Source: Flectonema sp. DT1601
Lineage: Eukaryota
NCBI GenBank assembly: GCA_964019425.1
Contig: OZ025795.1
Coordinates: 744,001 to 808,000 of the forward strand
DNA length: 64,000 nt
Direction: 5' to 3'
Shown here: positions 47,990-59,207 of the stretch, piece after piece
How the letters are laid out: every line of letters starts with the position of its first letter
Numbering within the stretch: the stretch's first letter is position 1
Translations under genes and position numbers: made by a program
Notes under the pieces: model-generated
What the model was told of the DNA's origin: nothing
What the model saw: only the letters and a program-made list of their open reading frames with translations
Databases searched by the model: none

Positions 47990-50636
47990 TATTGTTTGGA
48001 AGAAACTGAGTAAAAGTAAATAAAGTAAAATTAACAAAAGTGGACCAACTATAAAATATTTCAACAAGCATCATCATCATCTTTTTTTCCTTAGATTACA
48101 ACATTGAAAAATAAAAAAACTAAAAAAAATAAAATAAAAAGAAAAGTTCAAAACGGGAAAAAAGAAAAAGAGAAAAAAAAAAAACAACTGAGTCTTTATG
48201 ATTTGTGAGCAGGTATATCAATGCCAGTGTGGTTGTGGTGTTCGGGAAAGCGGATTTTAAAGTACAAAAACAGAGCAGTCCCTTTCTTTTCTTTTCTTCT
48301 TTTAAAAAAAAAAAAAAAAGGATTTGTAGTTTTATTCCTCACGGGGAAGGGAATTGGGTCCCTTGGTTTTAGTTTCTTTTTTTTTTTTTATAAATCTGTA
48401 ATTAGTTTTTTCACAGTTCCACACACCATGAAACAAAAAGATCTTTTGTGCAACAACAAGCCGTATATAAGTTTTTAAGTAAATGAGACAACGTTATGCT
48501 GCCACTTCAAGGAAAAAAAAAAAAAAAAAAAAAACTAACTTCCAAAAACGGCAAAATGAACAAAAAGAAACATCCTTGTTAAACTTAATTACTATGTAAG
48601 GGTTCGTGTGAAGACTCAAATCACGCAAGAAGAAAAAAATGATATTGTGTTACAGTTAAAAAAAAAGGGTATCCCGAAAACATTCCCAGTTGGTAATCTT
48701 ATTTCAGTAGAAAAAGAGATTCTCATCCATTGAGCTAAAATCCATAGATTCATGATTTGGGTTTTGGGCAGGACACACATTTTCTCTGAGAGAATCATAA
48801 CAGAATCGTACAACAAGTATACGATGGTAACCAGCTGTTTGTTTGTTTATTTTTTTTTTTTTTTCAGTTTTAAAATTGTTTTCTTTTTTTCTTGTACGGA
48901 AACGCAGTTGGAAGGGGAACAAGGGTAACGATGTGGCTCATTCTCGACGGATCTGAATTTCAAAAAAAATTCTAAAAAAAGAAGGAAAAAAAAAAAAAAA
49001 CGAAGGAGAAAAACGCGCAACAACACAAATGCAACGCTCAATTGTCATTTTCTGCCAAATCGAATTTGAGGAACTACGTTGTTTTCTTCACTTAGGTGAA
49101 AAGGGAAATTTTTTTTTTTTTTTTGTTTGCAACTTCGTGGAAAAAAAAAGAAATTCATCACATACTCTTCAGTATAATTCACTTATCCACAAACAGTTTT
49201 TTTTTTTTTAATGATTTCTGGCTGGTTAACCGCAAATTGCCACGACTTGCCGCGTGCTGTTAGCTAACAGCTATTTTAAGCACGCTTTTTTCTAGTAGCA
49301 ATTTTTTTTTTTTTTTTTTTTTTTTAAAATTTCTCTCTGTTCATGTTATTGGAACTCTCAGGTAAATCTGTCAATTTGTTTCATAAAAAGAAGAAAAAAA
49401 AAAAGGGAGGATGGGGAAAACACCAAAATTGGAACTAGCCTACTTATTTTTTTTTTTCTTTTTGCACACAATTCGGACAAAAAAAACAGAACAACTGGTG
49501 AAGCAGAAAGTTAAGTTATAAAGTTGTTGCTGTTTCTTTTTTTTTTTTTTTTTTTTTTTATTGACATAGAATGCACTTCCATCGGAAGCCAGACAGCTAC
49601 TGCGCTAATAAAGGCTGTTGAGAGAATGCACTCTCTTGGTTTTCTTGTATTGACTTCAGTTGCTGTCTCGTTCTTACCGAATATGTGCCACCGGATGTGT
49701 TTTGCTCCCATTTTTTTTTTAAAAAAACAGTTCATCTTAGCTACTTCGACCGCTTATCGTCCTGAAATAACAAACCTCCACAACGGGGAATAGGATGCAA
49801 AAGAAAATAGGATTCGGGAAGGGGAAAAATTGAAAAAAAAATATATTGTCTTTTTTTTTTTTTTTTTTTTTTGTGTTCTGTTTGTTTCCTTTTCTCACTT
49901 TCCCTTTTTTTTTTTTTTTTTTTTTAATTTTTCTTTTTTTTTTTGATTTTTCTTTTGTTTTTTTGTTTTTTTCTCCATGACCAAGTGTGATTTTAAAAAA
50001 AAAAAAAAAAAAGAAGAAGAAGAAGAATAATAATAATTCAAAGAACCCTAACAAGGAGTGCGTGTTTTCAGGAAGTCAGCAACATTATGGGAAACACACG
50101 ATCTCTTATAGATTTTTTCATCTGCTGCTTTAAAAATCTCCAAACAGAACTGCGTTCCAAACTTGACTTTCCTTGTGTTGCGCATACTTGACAATCAGAC
50201 ATATATGGGCACAGCACGTACAAAAAAAAAGGCGGGAAAAAAAAGAATAAAAATTGGTTACACGGAAGGGAGCACAGACTTTTTCTTGTTCATTTATTCA
50301 TTTATATTTTTTTTTTTTTTTTTTCCCCCTCATCATACCACACCGTGATCTATACGGGAAAACAAAATGTATATTGACTCGCACAGTCAAAGAGCGAAAT
50401 CACCATTTTTTTGTGGGCACAGATTTTATCGGGGAAAACATTGCAACTCACGCTATGTAAAGAAGACACACCAGTTGACTGTATCATGCTCTCAGGTTGA
50501 TGTTGAGAGCCCTTTGCAAACGAAAAGCAAGGCACTATATAAAGCATCATAATTTTAACATTTCGCGGACCCTCAGTGTCCGTGAAATAGCCAAATTAAA
50601 TATAATAAGTGATAGGAGAAATTAAGATAAGTAAAG

Positions 50637-53189
50637 TTATGCCGGAGGGTACGGCTGATAAGTCTGAAATGGTCTTAAAAGATTTTGATGAAATCCAAAA
50701 CAATGAATTTTATGATGATGAAAAGTAAATTTTAAATAAGGAGCAGAAGGGGAAGTTGTCTTACTTTCACCGAGCACAGTTCCAACAAGAACAAGCCATT
50801 GTTTGTTTGGAACAGCATTTGATAAGAATTCCCTAATCCACTGAGCTTCAACAATGTGACTATTTAATGACATAACACCTTTATAAAGCTGCTGAATAAC
50901 TTCTCTCGGTAGATTCGTATCTTCAATACGGAATCCATCAACTTCTTTACCATTCATATGAACTGATGTTTCCTGTTCTTTTTCTTTAGTACCGCTGGTT
51001 CCTACAACAAGAAACCCTCTTGATCCAAGTGAGAATCTAATATGATACGATTGAAAGTTATCTAAATCATTTATGTAATCAGACATTTCAGCAGCTGAGT
51101 CGTGACACGCGACCCATGTACATGCTGGATGATTCATTCTCAAATCACTTATTAACCTTGATAGTGCTGTCTCATGCCTTCCATCTCTAGGGTCAAGCGA
51201 GGACTCAATAGTCATTAATACTTCTTTACTAGTTCTTCTTGTCTCTTGATCTACTTCAATTGCTCTGGCGTTGGCCATCCAGTGGGCTTCTTCACGTTCT
51301 TGTAGGACTTCACGAAGGGCAGCGAGTCCAGGGTAATTTGAACACATTGGAGGGTTACAGTCAACGTTTTCAGCTTCCAATAATCTCCTAAGTGGCTTAA
51401 TAACACAATCCTTCTCTCCTTTTAATTTCAAAGAAGCTCCTCCCTTGCTGTGAAGCATTTCTTCGAGATCTTTGGTATCGATTTCTTGTATGCTGAGTGC
51501 TCTGTCTTTGCTTTTAATTTCAAGGAGTTGCATTCCTTCTTCGAGGCCGAGTTGGTCAGCTTTTGATCCGACAGTGACGTGTTTAATTTGATGGGTTTTT
51601 TCATCGAGTTCAACACCGAAAGGTTCGTCTTGTTTAAGAAGAACATTTACCTTCATATCTAACTGACTGTGACCAATCGATGCTGAAGGTCTGTCTAATC
51701 TCTTCCATGAACTGCTATCAGACATTGTAAACCATTCATGTTCTTGAAGTGAACTAGCAGTTGGTCTCTTTGTGTAATCTCTAACAAGACATGCTTGAAC
51801 AAAATCCTTAGCTGGTTGAGTTATTTTATCCCATGGATCAGCAGGGAAATCGAAATCTTCAGTAATTATAGATTTCACAACTGTGGCTAAGTCTGCTGTC
51901 GGGCCTCCCTTTCCTTCTAATGCTGGATGGTATCCAGATAACAGAATGTATGAGATGATACCAAGTGACCAAATATCACATCTTGCGTCGTATCCTCCTG
52001 CCATTTCATAGCAGCCTGTTAGTTGATTGGCAACGTTGGCCATTACGCCTTTGCGTTTTTGAAGCATCAGTTGAAGTAATTCAGGACTGCAGTAGATTGG
52101 TGATCCGACAAGACCTTCAACACTTTCGAATTTCTCATCTTGTTTAAACTTAATAGCCATTCCAAAATCACAGATGCATATCGTTGATGATAAATGACTG
52201 ACCACATCTTCTGTCGTGTATTCTGCGATCTCAGACTCTCTCAGTGAAGAGAGTGAAGCAATATCACGAAGAGAACCCATCCTACCACCGTGTGATAGTA
52301 AATGTTCTCCCATAGATCCATGTGCTGCTGAATTAACTGAAGTGATACTTTTAAATGCTGGAGTCTTACTGCTGGAGTGTTGGTCATGACCTGATGCTGC
52401 GTCCTTTGTTGATCCAGCAGAGGTAATACTTCTGAAACATGGTTTGTGATGGTGGTGATCAGGTTCTTTCTTCTCTTCAAGTTCGTGTCTGATGTGCTCG
52501 AGACACGATGCTTCCTGTGCTTTGAGCTTCTTCTTAAGAAGAAGGTTAGCAGGTTTCAAATCTCTGTGACAGACACCTTTACTATGCATGTGAGTTACTC
52601 CCGCAAGAACGTTTTTAATAATTCGCATGACTACCTGTTCGGTATAGATTTGGACGTGTTCACTGACAGAGCAGAGTAATTCTCCACCTCTACACATGTC
52701 CATGACTGTGATCACGTGGTTCTGACATTCAAAACTATCTCTGAACGGTACGATATTTGGATGCGATAATTCTTTTAGGACCTGCATCTCTCTGTGAGCC
52801 ATTTCCCATCCTAAGTCGTCGGTATCTTTCTTACTAACGATCTTAACAGCAACAGCATTATGAATATTATTAGTTGGTGTTGGTGCTTGGTGGTGAGCGT
52901 CTGCATGAATAGCTCTCCAAACAGAACCGTAGGCTCCCCTTCCAATTTCATATTTTATCTCGTAACGTTTTGAAAAAGTTGGGGACCACTCTCTCCAATC
53001 TGAAGGCGGCTTCAGATGATAATGATGAACAACATTCACGTCATGTAAACTCGCTGCTCTCGCATTCTTTGAGACTGTCTTCCAACCGTGACCATTAGCA
53101 CTGAGTGGAGATCCAACCTTTTCCTTTTTTTCAGCGGACTTCTTCGCAACACCGCCAGGCTTCTGTTCGGTACTTTGGGAGCAGCCCAT
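50637..53189 (-). CDS. CAMK-group Ser/Thr kinase with acylation motif, PDZ-like domain and two dynein-light-chain-like C-terminal repeats
   Basis: MGCSQS; IGRGAYGSV, VAVK, HRDLKPANLL, DFG, VGSPIYCSPE, DIWSLG. PDZ-like EPFGVEL...VTVGSKADQLGLEEGMQLLEI. LC8-like AQWIREFL...WLVLVG...YLKF. Confidence 0.88.
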   Translation of the reverse strand: MGCSQSTEQKPGGVAKKSAEKKEKVGSPLSANGHGWKTVSKNARAASLHDVNVVHHYHLKPPSDWREWSPTFSKRYEIKYEIGRGAYGSVWRAIHADAHHQAPTPTNNIHNAVAVKIVSKKDTDDLGWEMAHREMQVLKELSHPNIVPFRDSFECQNHVITVMDMCRGGELLCSVSEHVQIYTEQVVMRIIKNVLAGVTHMHSKGVCHRDLKPANLLLKKKLKAQEASCLEHIRHELEEKKEPDHHHHKPCFRSITSAGSTKDAASGHDQHSSSKTPAFKSITSVNSAAHGSMGEHLLSHGGRMGSLRDIASLSSLRESEIAEYTTEDVVSHLSSTICICDFGMAIKFKQDEKFESVEGLVGSPIYCSPELLQLMLQKRKGVMANVANQLTGCYEMAGGYDARCDIWSLGIISYILLSGYHPALEGKGGPTADLATVVKSIITEDFDFPADPWDKITQPAKDFVQACLVRDYTKRPTASSLQEHEWFTMSDSSSWKRLDRPSASIGHSQLDMKVNVLLKQDEPFGVELDEKTHQIKHVTVGSKADQLGLEEGMQLLEIKSKDRALSIQEIDTKDLEEMLHSKGGASLKLKGEKDCVIKPLRRLLEAENVDCNPPMCSNYPGLAALREVLQEREEAHWMANARAIEVDQETRRTSKEVLMTIESSLDPRDGRHETALSRLISDLRMNHPACTWVACHDSAAEMSDYINDLDNFQSYHIRFSLGSRGFLVVGTSGTKEKEQETSVHMNGKEVDGFRIEDTNLPREVIQQLYKGVMSLNSHIVEAQWIREFLSNAVPNKQWLVLVGTVLGESKTTSPSAPYLKFTFHHHKIHCFGFHQNLLRPFQTYQPYPPA

Positions 53190-53379
53190 GTGCCAACCCT
53201 GTCTGTGAGAGGAATAGATATTTAAAAAATCGACACACTAAAGTACCGACATCACAAATTGTTATTCTTTATAGCACCTTCTGTTTAAGGAATACAGTTA
53301 AAAAAAACAAAAAGAAAAAAAAATTATCCTCACAAATTATAGCTACATAATAATACAGCTGGCTAAGCTCAGACTGGGT

Positions 53380-54642
53380 TTACTCAAACAAAATTAGATC
53401 GCTCGACTTCACTCTCTTGTATTGCAGAGAGTGACCCAAATCACAAACAGGTCTCGCTATAAGATATCGATTCTTTGAGAGAGCTGTTTTACACCACCAG
53501 GTGTTCCCTTTATAATGAACTAGTTGACCAACTATCGGATGGTCAGATACATTAAATGAATAAAAAGTACCATCAGATAATATCCCTTCAATTTTAACAT
53601 CACTACTGTCCGGTAGAACTGTTACAGCAGCAACAGCAACACCTCTTTTATCACTTGAAGAAGGACTACTGAAGGAGGTATCAGCGCTAATAATAATAAG
53701 TTTTCCGCATGGAGTTCTTCTCACTGCTGGTGAGTCACCATGAGGATGGTGACCAACAACTATAATTTTAACACCACTTTGAATACAACAATCTATCACA
53801 TCAGAGTTGATATCTGCAGGCATCCCTTTGTTTATAAATGAAGTTGTCATAACTGTTCCATTTTTCATGGTGTTGCTGTAGCCGTATCCGACAAGGTTTT
53901 GACCTTTTCGATAGTCATTTTCGTAGCATTTTAAATTGTACGTTTTAAACTCGTGAAGCTTTCTTATCCATGAGATAATGGAACGTGATTTGTGATACTG
54001 AATCGAGCTCTTCGGTGGAGTTAATGTTTCTTCCAACAGAGGAGTTTTACAAATATTTTCATAACATATTGCACCATGAAGGAACAACACGCAATCAATC
54101 TTAGTTGCGATTTTTGATTTTTTTAAATACGTCCAAAGAAGACCATTAGGAGGTGTTATTTCACGAACTAAACTAACGACACCATCAGGTGAGTAATTGT
54201 CTCGATGGTTTAAGGCTTCTGGAGCACCCATCGTGTATTTCAGTATCCATGATAATTTATCACGTTTGGTAGGTTTTCGTTGTAAGTTCTCAACGAATTG
54301 CTTCCACGTTAGTTGCGGTTTAGTCCAAAAAATGTTACTACAGCGTGGCTGATGTAGTTCTTTTCGTATTCTCAATTTGCATGAATCTCTGTTTCCAATT
54401 ATAAGATGCACCCTTTTGTTATATTTTTTTTTAAAATTTAATAGTGTCAATAACACTCTTTTATCGTCTCCACGATCACAGGCATCACCTCCAAAGACGA
54501 ATTCAGAATTGGGGTTGTCATTGAATTCTATTTGAGAGTGGTTTGTTAAATTTAGTGTTGGGTTAAGATGAACTGCTTTTTTTAAATATTCAAAATTCCC
54601 CTCAACGTCAGTTATGAAGGCTATTCGTCTTGGAGATTTCAT
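53380..54642 (-). CDS. Calcineurin-like metallophosphoesterase
   Basis: IAFITDVEGN, VFGGDACDRG, LIIGNRD, FLHG, VVGHHPHGD, ADTS. ATG at 54642 (MKSPRR) follows cattacAG. Confidence 0.85.
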   Translation of the reverse strand: MKSPRRIAFITDVEGNFEYLKKAVHLNPTLNLTNHSQIEFNDNPNSEFVFGGDACDRGDDKRVLLTLLNFKKKYNKRVHLIIGNRDSCKLRIRKELHQPRCSNIFWTKPQLTWKQFVENLQRKPTKRDKLSWILKYTMGAPEALNHRDNYSPDGVVSLVREITPPNGLLWTYLKKSKIATKIDCVLFLHGAICYENICKTPLLEETLTPPKSSIQYHKSRSIISWIRKLHEFKTYNLKCYENDYRKGQNLVGYGYSNTMKNGTVMTTSFINKGMPADINSDVIDCCIQSGVKIIVVGHHPHGDSPAVRRTPCGKLIIISADTSFSSPSSSDKRGVAVAAVTVLPDSSDVKIEGILSDGTFYSFNVSDHPIVGQLVHYKGNTWWCKTALSKNRYLIARPVCDLGHSLQYKRVKSSDLILFE

Positions 54643-54812
54643 TTTAATCTGTAATGAATAATTAATTTTGAAGTTTTTTTTTTTTTTTACCATTGTCTTT
54701 CAGTGGAATTCTATTCAACAAAGGCAAGTATAACAATACAGAATAACAGAAATGTATAGAAGAAGAAAAAAAAAAGTGTTTTGCGGTTTTGCGGTTTTGC
54801 GGTTTTTTTTTT

Positions 54813-54987
54813 TTAAAGTACGTTCATTTCATCTGTAGCCTTATTTTCCCAATAAGAGATAAACTCATCCCAATCTAAGGGTGAGTACGGAGCTGGGCAT
54901 ACAAGAGCTACCTGATGAGATGTAATTTGTTGACTTCGTTGCTGCTGTTGCTGAGGTTTTTGTGATGGTTGTGCCTGAGGTGGTTGC

Positions 54988-55020
<33 letters not shown>

Positions 55021-56686
55021 GGCCTCGCCGGCTTTGATACTTTTTGAGGCTTTGGTTTTGGTTCTAACTTAGTAATAAATCTGTGTTATATTATTTTTAA
55101 ATTGCGCACTTATATAAGTTGAGTTATGTACATCTAACAAAGATAAATGAAATCAAACAAAAATAAAACGTAGTCCAATAAAAGGAAGGGGATTTAATAC
55201 GATACGAAAAGATATATCTGGGAAGAATACTACAGGTCTTTGCACAAAAAATAAAAACAATAAAAGTACTGTAACATGGATTCGGATGCCAGCACAATCG
55301 TTGGCGTTCAAACTGGCACTCCAGCAGGAATGAACGAGCTCCACACTGCAACAAACAGTGATCAGGCGGTATAAACTGGTCAGATGCTGAAAAGAACTGC
55401 AACCGTCAACAGAGCCTTTTTCATGAAAATCCTACACCATAGGAGAACAAGAGGTAAGTAACCAAGGATGTGCACCCAAGGTCGGACCGAAAAGTTGTCT
55501 ACGTAGGACAAACCTTTAACCTCGCACTGGTACGCTGCCAAAAAGCAGTCAAGGGTCAACACGCCAGCAACAAGACAAAAGATTCCCGCTCTTAGAAAAG
55601 ATCCCCAGCTGGTAATATAGTAATGCAGCAGATTCTTACCAGGCTGCTCCAAGGATTGTAGTGATCGACCACCAGCTCCAAGGATTGTAGTGATCGACCA
55701 CCAGCTCCAAGGATTGTAGTGATCGACCACCAGCTCCCACCCTGCCCGGAGGCTAACAGGTTGAAAACAACTAAGGAAAAAAAAGAAATGAGGGTAACTT
55801 GATACTAAAATTAAATGGAAAGTAACTTAAAACTGGCTAAAACGAATATAGGTTCGGCCAAAGCAATATAGAATCCGATGAGGTGCACTTATCCTTTTGG
55901 ATTAGTTGCAGCCTAAACCTGGCTCGTCCTGGGTCATGGCTGGCAGATTTTTAAACTTCACACTCCGCATCGTGACAAATGAGTGTAAAAGGAAGGACAA
56001 GAGCTGTCTACAATGTGACAAGACAGACATCACTACTGAAGAAGCCACCACCGATCCCTAAGTGTGACAGGTGTTCTGTTGCATCGTAGAATGGAAGGCC
56101 GATGCCAAAAAGATTGCCCAATCCCCTTGCACATTATACTAAGAGATCAACAATTGGTATCAACAAAAAGTCCCACATGTGCTGTCGAATATGGGGATTC
56201 GGGGCCACGTTCCACAGGTTTAACGCCCCATGCCCTGTAGTCCGTTACAGCTTAAAAATATTATTCATCCACATTTCGAAATCAAATAAACATAATAGTT
56301 ACATTAAAGGAAAATTAAAAAGGGAAGGGTGAAACGTGAAACCTTGACAATGTAAAAATAAAATCATTCAACAAGAAATGAAAATTTGTGATCATAAATA
56401 ACAAGACAAACACAACATACATTGTATCATAGGTTTTTAATCCATTCCTTTCAGGAGACATGCCCATATTAATAGGTACGCGTTCCGGATATTTTGTTAA
56501 CTGAAGGATTCCTTCAATACCTGCACCAGATGCGTGGATGTGAAAACTTGTTTTTAGATTTTCTAATTTTGATATTTGCTGGTCAAACGGCTTCCCTGGA
56601 GCAACCGACCAAATAAACTTCCCATCTTTCGAATCTGTCTTTACTTTTGCGAGTAGCTCCGGACTACCAGTTACTTTAAGTATCAT
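54813..56686 (-). CDS. Ubiquitin/SUMO-like domain + polyQ protein; exons 56421-56686 and 54813-55080 (possible extra exon 54687-54710)
   Basis: 1340-nt GT-AG intron 55081-56420 joins ...INMGMSPERNGLKTYDT-I-FITKLEPKPKPQK...Q10...PAPYSPLDWDEFISYWENK in frame. The SPxxxGLxxxDTIxI motif resembles the end of a ubiquitin-like fold. Confidence 0.65.
54990..55019 (-). repeat. (CAG)10 coding microsatellite
   Basis: Ten CTG units on the plus strand, read as Q10 in exon 2 of the ubiquitin-like gene. Confidence 0.9.
55646..55737. repeat. Perfect tandem repeat, 29 bp x 3.2 (GCTCCAAGGATTGTAGTGATCGACCACCA)
   Basis: Units start at 55646, 55675 and 55704, with a partial unit at 55733; no spacers. Confidence 0.95.
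55790..56292 (+). mobile_element. Degenerate interspersed element, copy 3 (possible non-LTR retroelement 3' remnant) inside an intron
   Basis: Homologous blocks at 9447-9658 and 28465-28572. Broken plus-strand frames give LVLGHGW, SCLQCD and KCDRC. Ends in aaatcaaataaaca. Confidence 0.45.
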
Positions 56687-57063
56687 TGTTTTATTACTGT
56701 GTATGTGAATGGATGTTTATTTATTATTTGTGGTTTTCTCTTTTTTTTTTTCAACACGATAAAAAAAACATAAAGCAGGATAGGGTTCTGTTCTTTAGCT
56801 GATAAGTAACGGCAAGAAGACTTTACGAAAGATTAACCACTCACGAAGAAGTAGTCCTCTCATAAAAGAGGTACAATGTGTTCTAAAAGGAAGCTAAAAC
56901 AGACCTGAAATGATCATTTCCATGACCACATAAAAAAACATAAATATCTGGAAAAAAAAAAGGGGAAAGAAAGAAAAAAAAAAGGAATCCTTCATTCTAA
57001 TATCTACCTAACAATAACAATCGTCAATCTAAATTATGTGACTCTTAAACTTTCTAATTAGAA

Positions 57064-58950
57064 TTAAGGCGGAGGAACCATTTTCGTAGCTACGTGCTCT
57101 TCCAGTTCATGATCAGCTGCCAGTGCCAGTTCTTTCACTCGTAAGATCTCCTGCAGTCGTCTTATTTCATTGCGGACTACTTCAACACTTTCGGGAGTTG
57201 CTCTGTCTGAGATTGAGACATTCAGAGGATGGCCTTTTGTTGTTTTTGAAGTTTTTTGTTCCACTTTTTTTGACGACTTCCTCGGTTCTTTGTAAGGAGC
57301 GGCACCCGTATTTCTCGGATGAAATGAGCGAGCCATCGTTATAATGTCTTCCCCAGGGGGTTTCGGACCCTGCTGACGTCTTCTGTTTTCTTCCACAACC
57401 TTCTGTTGTTGTGCAGAATAAAGACTTCCACAGTGTCTACGAATAGGAAGATCCTTAACAGTAAATAAACTATCTTCTTTAATCCATTCACCTGCTGCAC
57501 GTCTTTTAACGATGCAGTCATCGTTTGAACAACCAGAGAGTGGATTACATTTAATTCCATTTCGACGTTTACTTGTAACTGTTCGTACTGCTGAACCTGA
57601 ATATATCCCTCCTGTGGTACTTGGGCGAGCTAACTGTTTAATAACAGCAGGAACTGGTACTGAATCAATGACTTCATCTTGCATTGCATTGCGTTCTGTT
57701 TGTGATACAAAACTCAACAAGTCAAGAGCTGACTGATTCTGACGAATACAACCAGGAAGTGGATTCTTGTGATGTTCTTCGAGGAGGAGTTGAAATGCTT
57801 GTTGGGGTTCTTTCGTTACCACTTCGGAGTTGGTTATTATTTTTGGACTCTTTTTATCTTTTGAGTGTCCTCTCTTTTTATCTGGTAGTGTTGATGACAA
57901 CCATTTATCCATCTTACTCGAATCTGTTTGAAGTAATCCGACCCTCGCCTGTCTTAACATCTTTTGATGATATTCTAACTGACTATCATAACTCTTGGGA
58001 CTTGGAGAGGCTGGCTGCATACTAGTTGATGAAGCTGCACTGAGAAGAATATCAGCAGCTCTGTCTTCAGCAGAAGCAGTGTCTAAAAGTTCTAACGCAT
58101 AAGACTTTCCCCAAACCCTACCAGTAGTGGGAGGGTCATTCCTGAGAATTTCAAGAAGATCACTGAGAGGAGATGGTGCTGCTGTAACTGTTTCAACATT
58201 CTCTTTGATGGCGTTGACATGTTTACGACGAGACTTTGATCTGAGTTCCCGTTCGTGTTTTTTAATTAAGAAATCCTGTTGTTCTAATAAACGTTGTTGT
58301 TGTAATCTGTGCCTGACTCGGTCTTTAGTACGCAGATCAAACTCCCTTCGCTGTTTCTGCTTTTGTTGAACCCGTTCACGAGAGTCACGCTCTTGGAGAA
58401 CTTTTTCAGAAAGTCGAGTAGTTACATTAGAGTTTGTGTTTATTCCTCTAATTGGCATGTTTTCTGAAGCTGATACCGTCTCTAACATTGTTAGTGAAGA
58501 CAGTGTATTCATTACACCAGTAACTGATGCAGGTAGATATCCCAATGCAGCAACTAGTAAGGAAAGATTACTATGAGAAGATGAAGTCTGTTTTGGTCGG
58601 ATCTCAACAGCTGTTATTTTTTGTGTTGTAATTCGTCCTCGTCTTGGAGATGGGGATTGTGGTCGGGTGATACTTTTGGGTAGTTTTGCAAGCATTCTCT
58701 GAGCAGATATCTCATGCAGCCTCCTTTCTTGAAATGTACTAATACGAAACATAGCTCCTTCTCTATGTCGTTCTATAACATTCCTACCGTAGTCCTCACT
58801 GGTTAAAAATTTTCTCAATTCCCTTTCAAATTTTCTGACCATTTCTTCCATCTTCTTCCGTTTTGCTTTTTTGACAAATTCCTTCGCATCTTTGAACCGT
58901 TTTTCAATACGGCTTGAGGCTCGTTGTTGCTCGACCTCTGGATCAATCAT
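57064..58950 (-). CDS. Hypothetical charged/coiled-coil protein (may be the last exon of the upstream gene)
   Basis: ~628-aa open frame from ATG 58950 (MIDPEVE), preceded by ttattacAG at 58961. Confidence 0.7.
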   Translation of the reverse strand: MIDPEVEQQRASSRIEKRFKDAKEFVKKAKRKKMEEMVRKFERELRKFLTSEDYGRNVIERHREGAMFRISTFQERRLHEISAQRMLAKLPKSITRPQSPSPRRGRITTQKITAVEIRPKQTSSSHSNLSLLVAALGYLPASVTGVMNTLSSLTMLETVSASENMPIRGINTNSNVTTRLSEKVLQERDSRERVQQKQKQRREFDLRTKDRVRHRLQQQRLLEQQDFLIKKHERELRSKSRRKHVNAIKENVETVTAAPSPLSDLLEILRNDPPTTGRVWGKSYALELLDTASAEDRAADILLSAASSTSMQPASPSPKSYDSQLEYHQKMLRQARVGLLQTDSSKMDKWLSSTLPDKKRGHSKDKKSPKIITNSEVVTKEPQQAFQLLLEEHHKNPLPGCIRQNQSALDLLSFVSQTERNAMQDEVIDSVPVPAVIKQLARPSTTGGIYSGSAVRTVTSKRRNGIKCNPLSGCSNDDCIVKRRAAGEWIKEDSLFTVKDLPIRRHCGSLYSAQQQKVVEENRRRQQGPKPPGEDIITMARSFHPRNTGAAPYKEPRKSSKKVEQKTSKTTKGHPLNVSISDRATPESVEVVRNEIRRLQEILRVKELALAADHELEEHVATKMVPPP

Positions 58951-59207
58951 GGTAGCCAACCTGTAATAACTTAATAAAGTAACACTACAATGGTACAGAC
59001 ATCACTAACAACATATAAACTAGGACGAAGTATCAAAAGAAAAAAACGCAACAAATATATAAAAAAGAAAGGGGAAAAAATCTAAAACAACGACGATAAC
59101 CAAACTGATATATCTATCACTAGGTTTAGTACACGAGGCCCTAAGAAAGACCGAAACTGGTGTAGTAGTGGTTGTAAAAATAATTATAAATCTAAATCGG
59201 TTAGACC

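Noticed and set aside
50561..50587. Hairpin containing CAGTG as an iron-responsive element
   Set aside because: It is on the antisense strand and lacks the 5-bp upper stem and C-bulge geometry.
55646..55737. 29-bp repeats as a CRISPR array
   Set aside because: Units are directly adjacent with no spacers, there are no cas genes, and the context is a eukaryotic intron.
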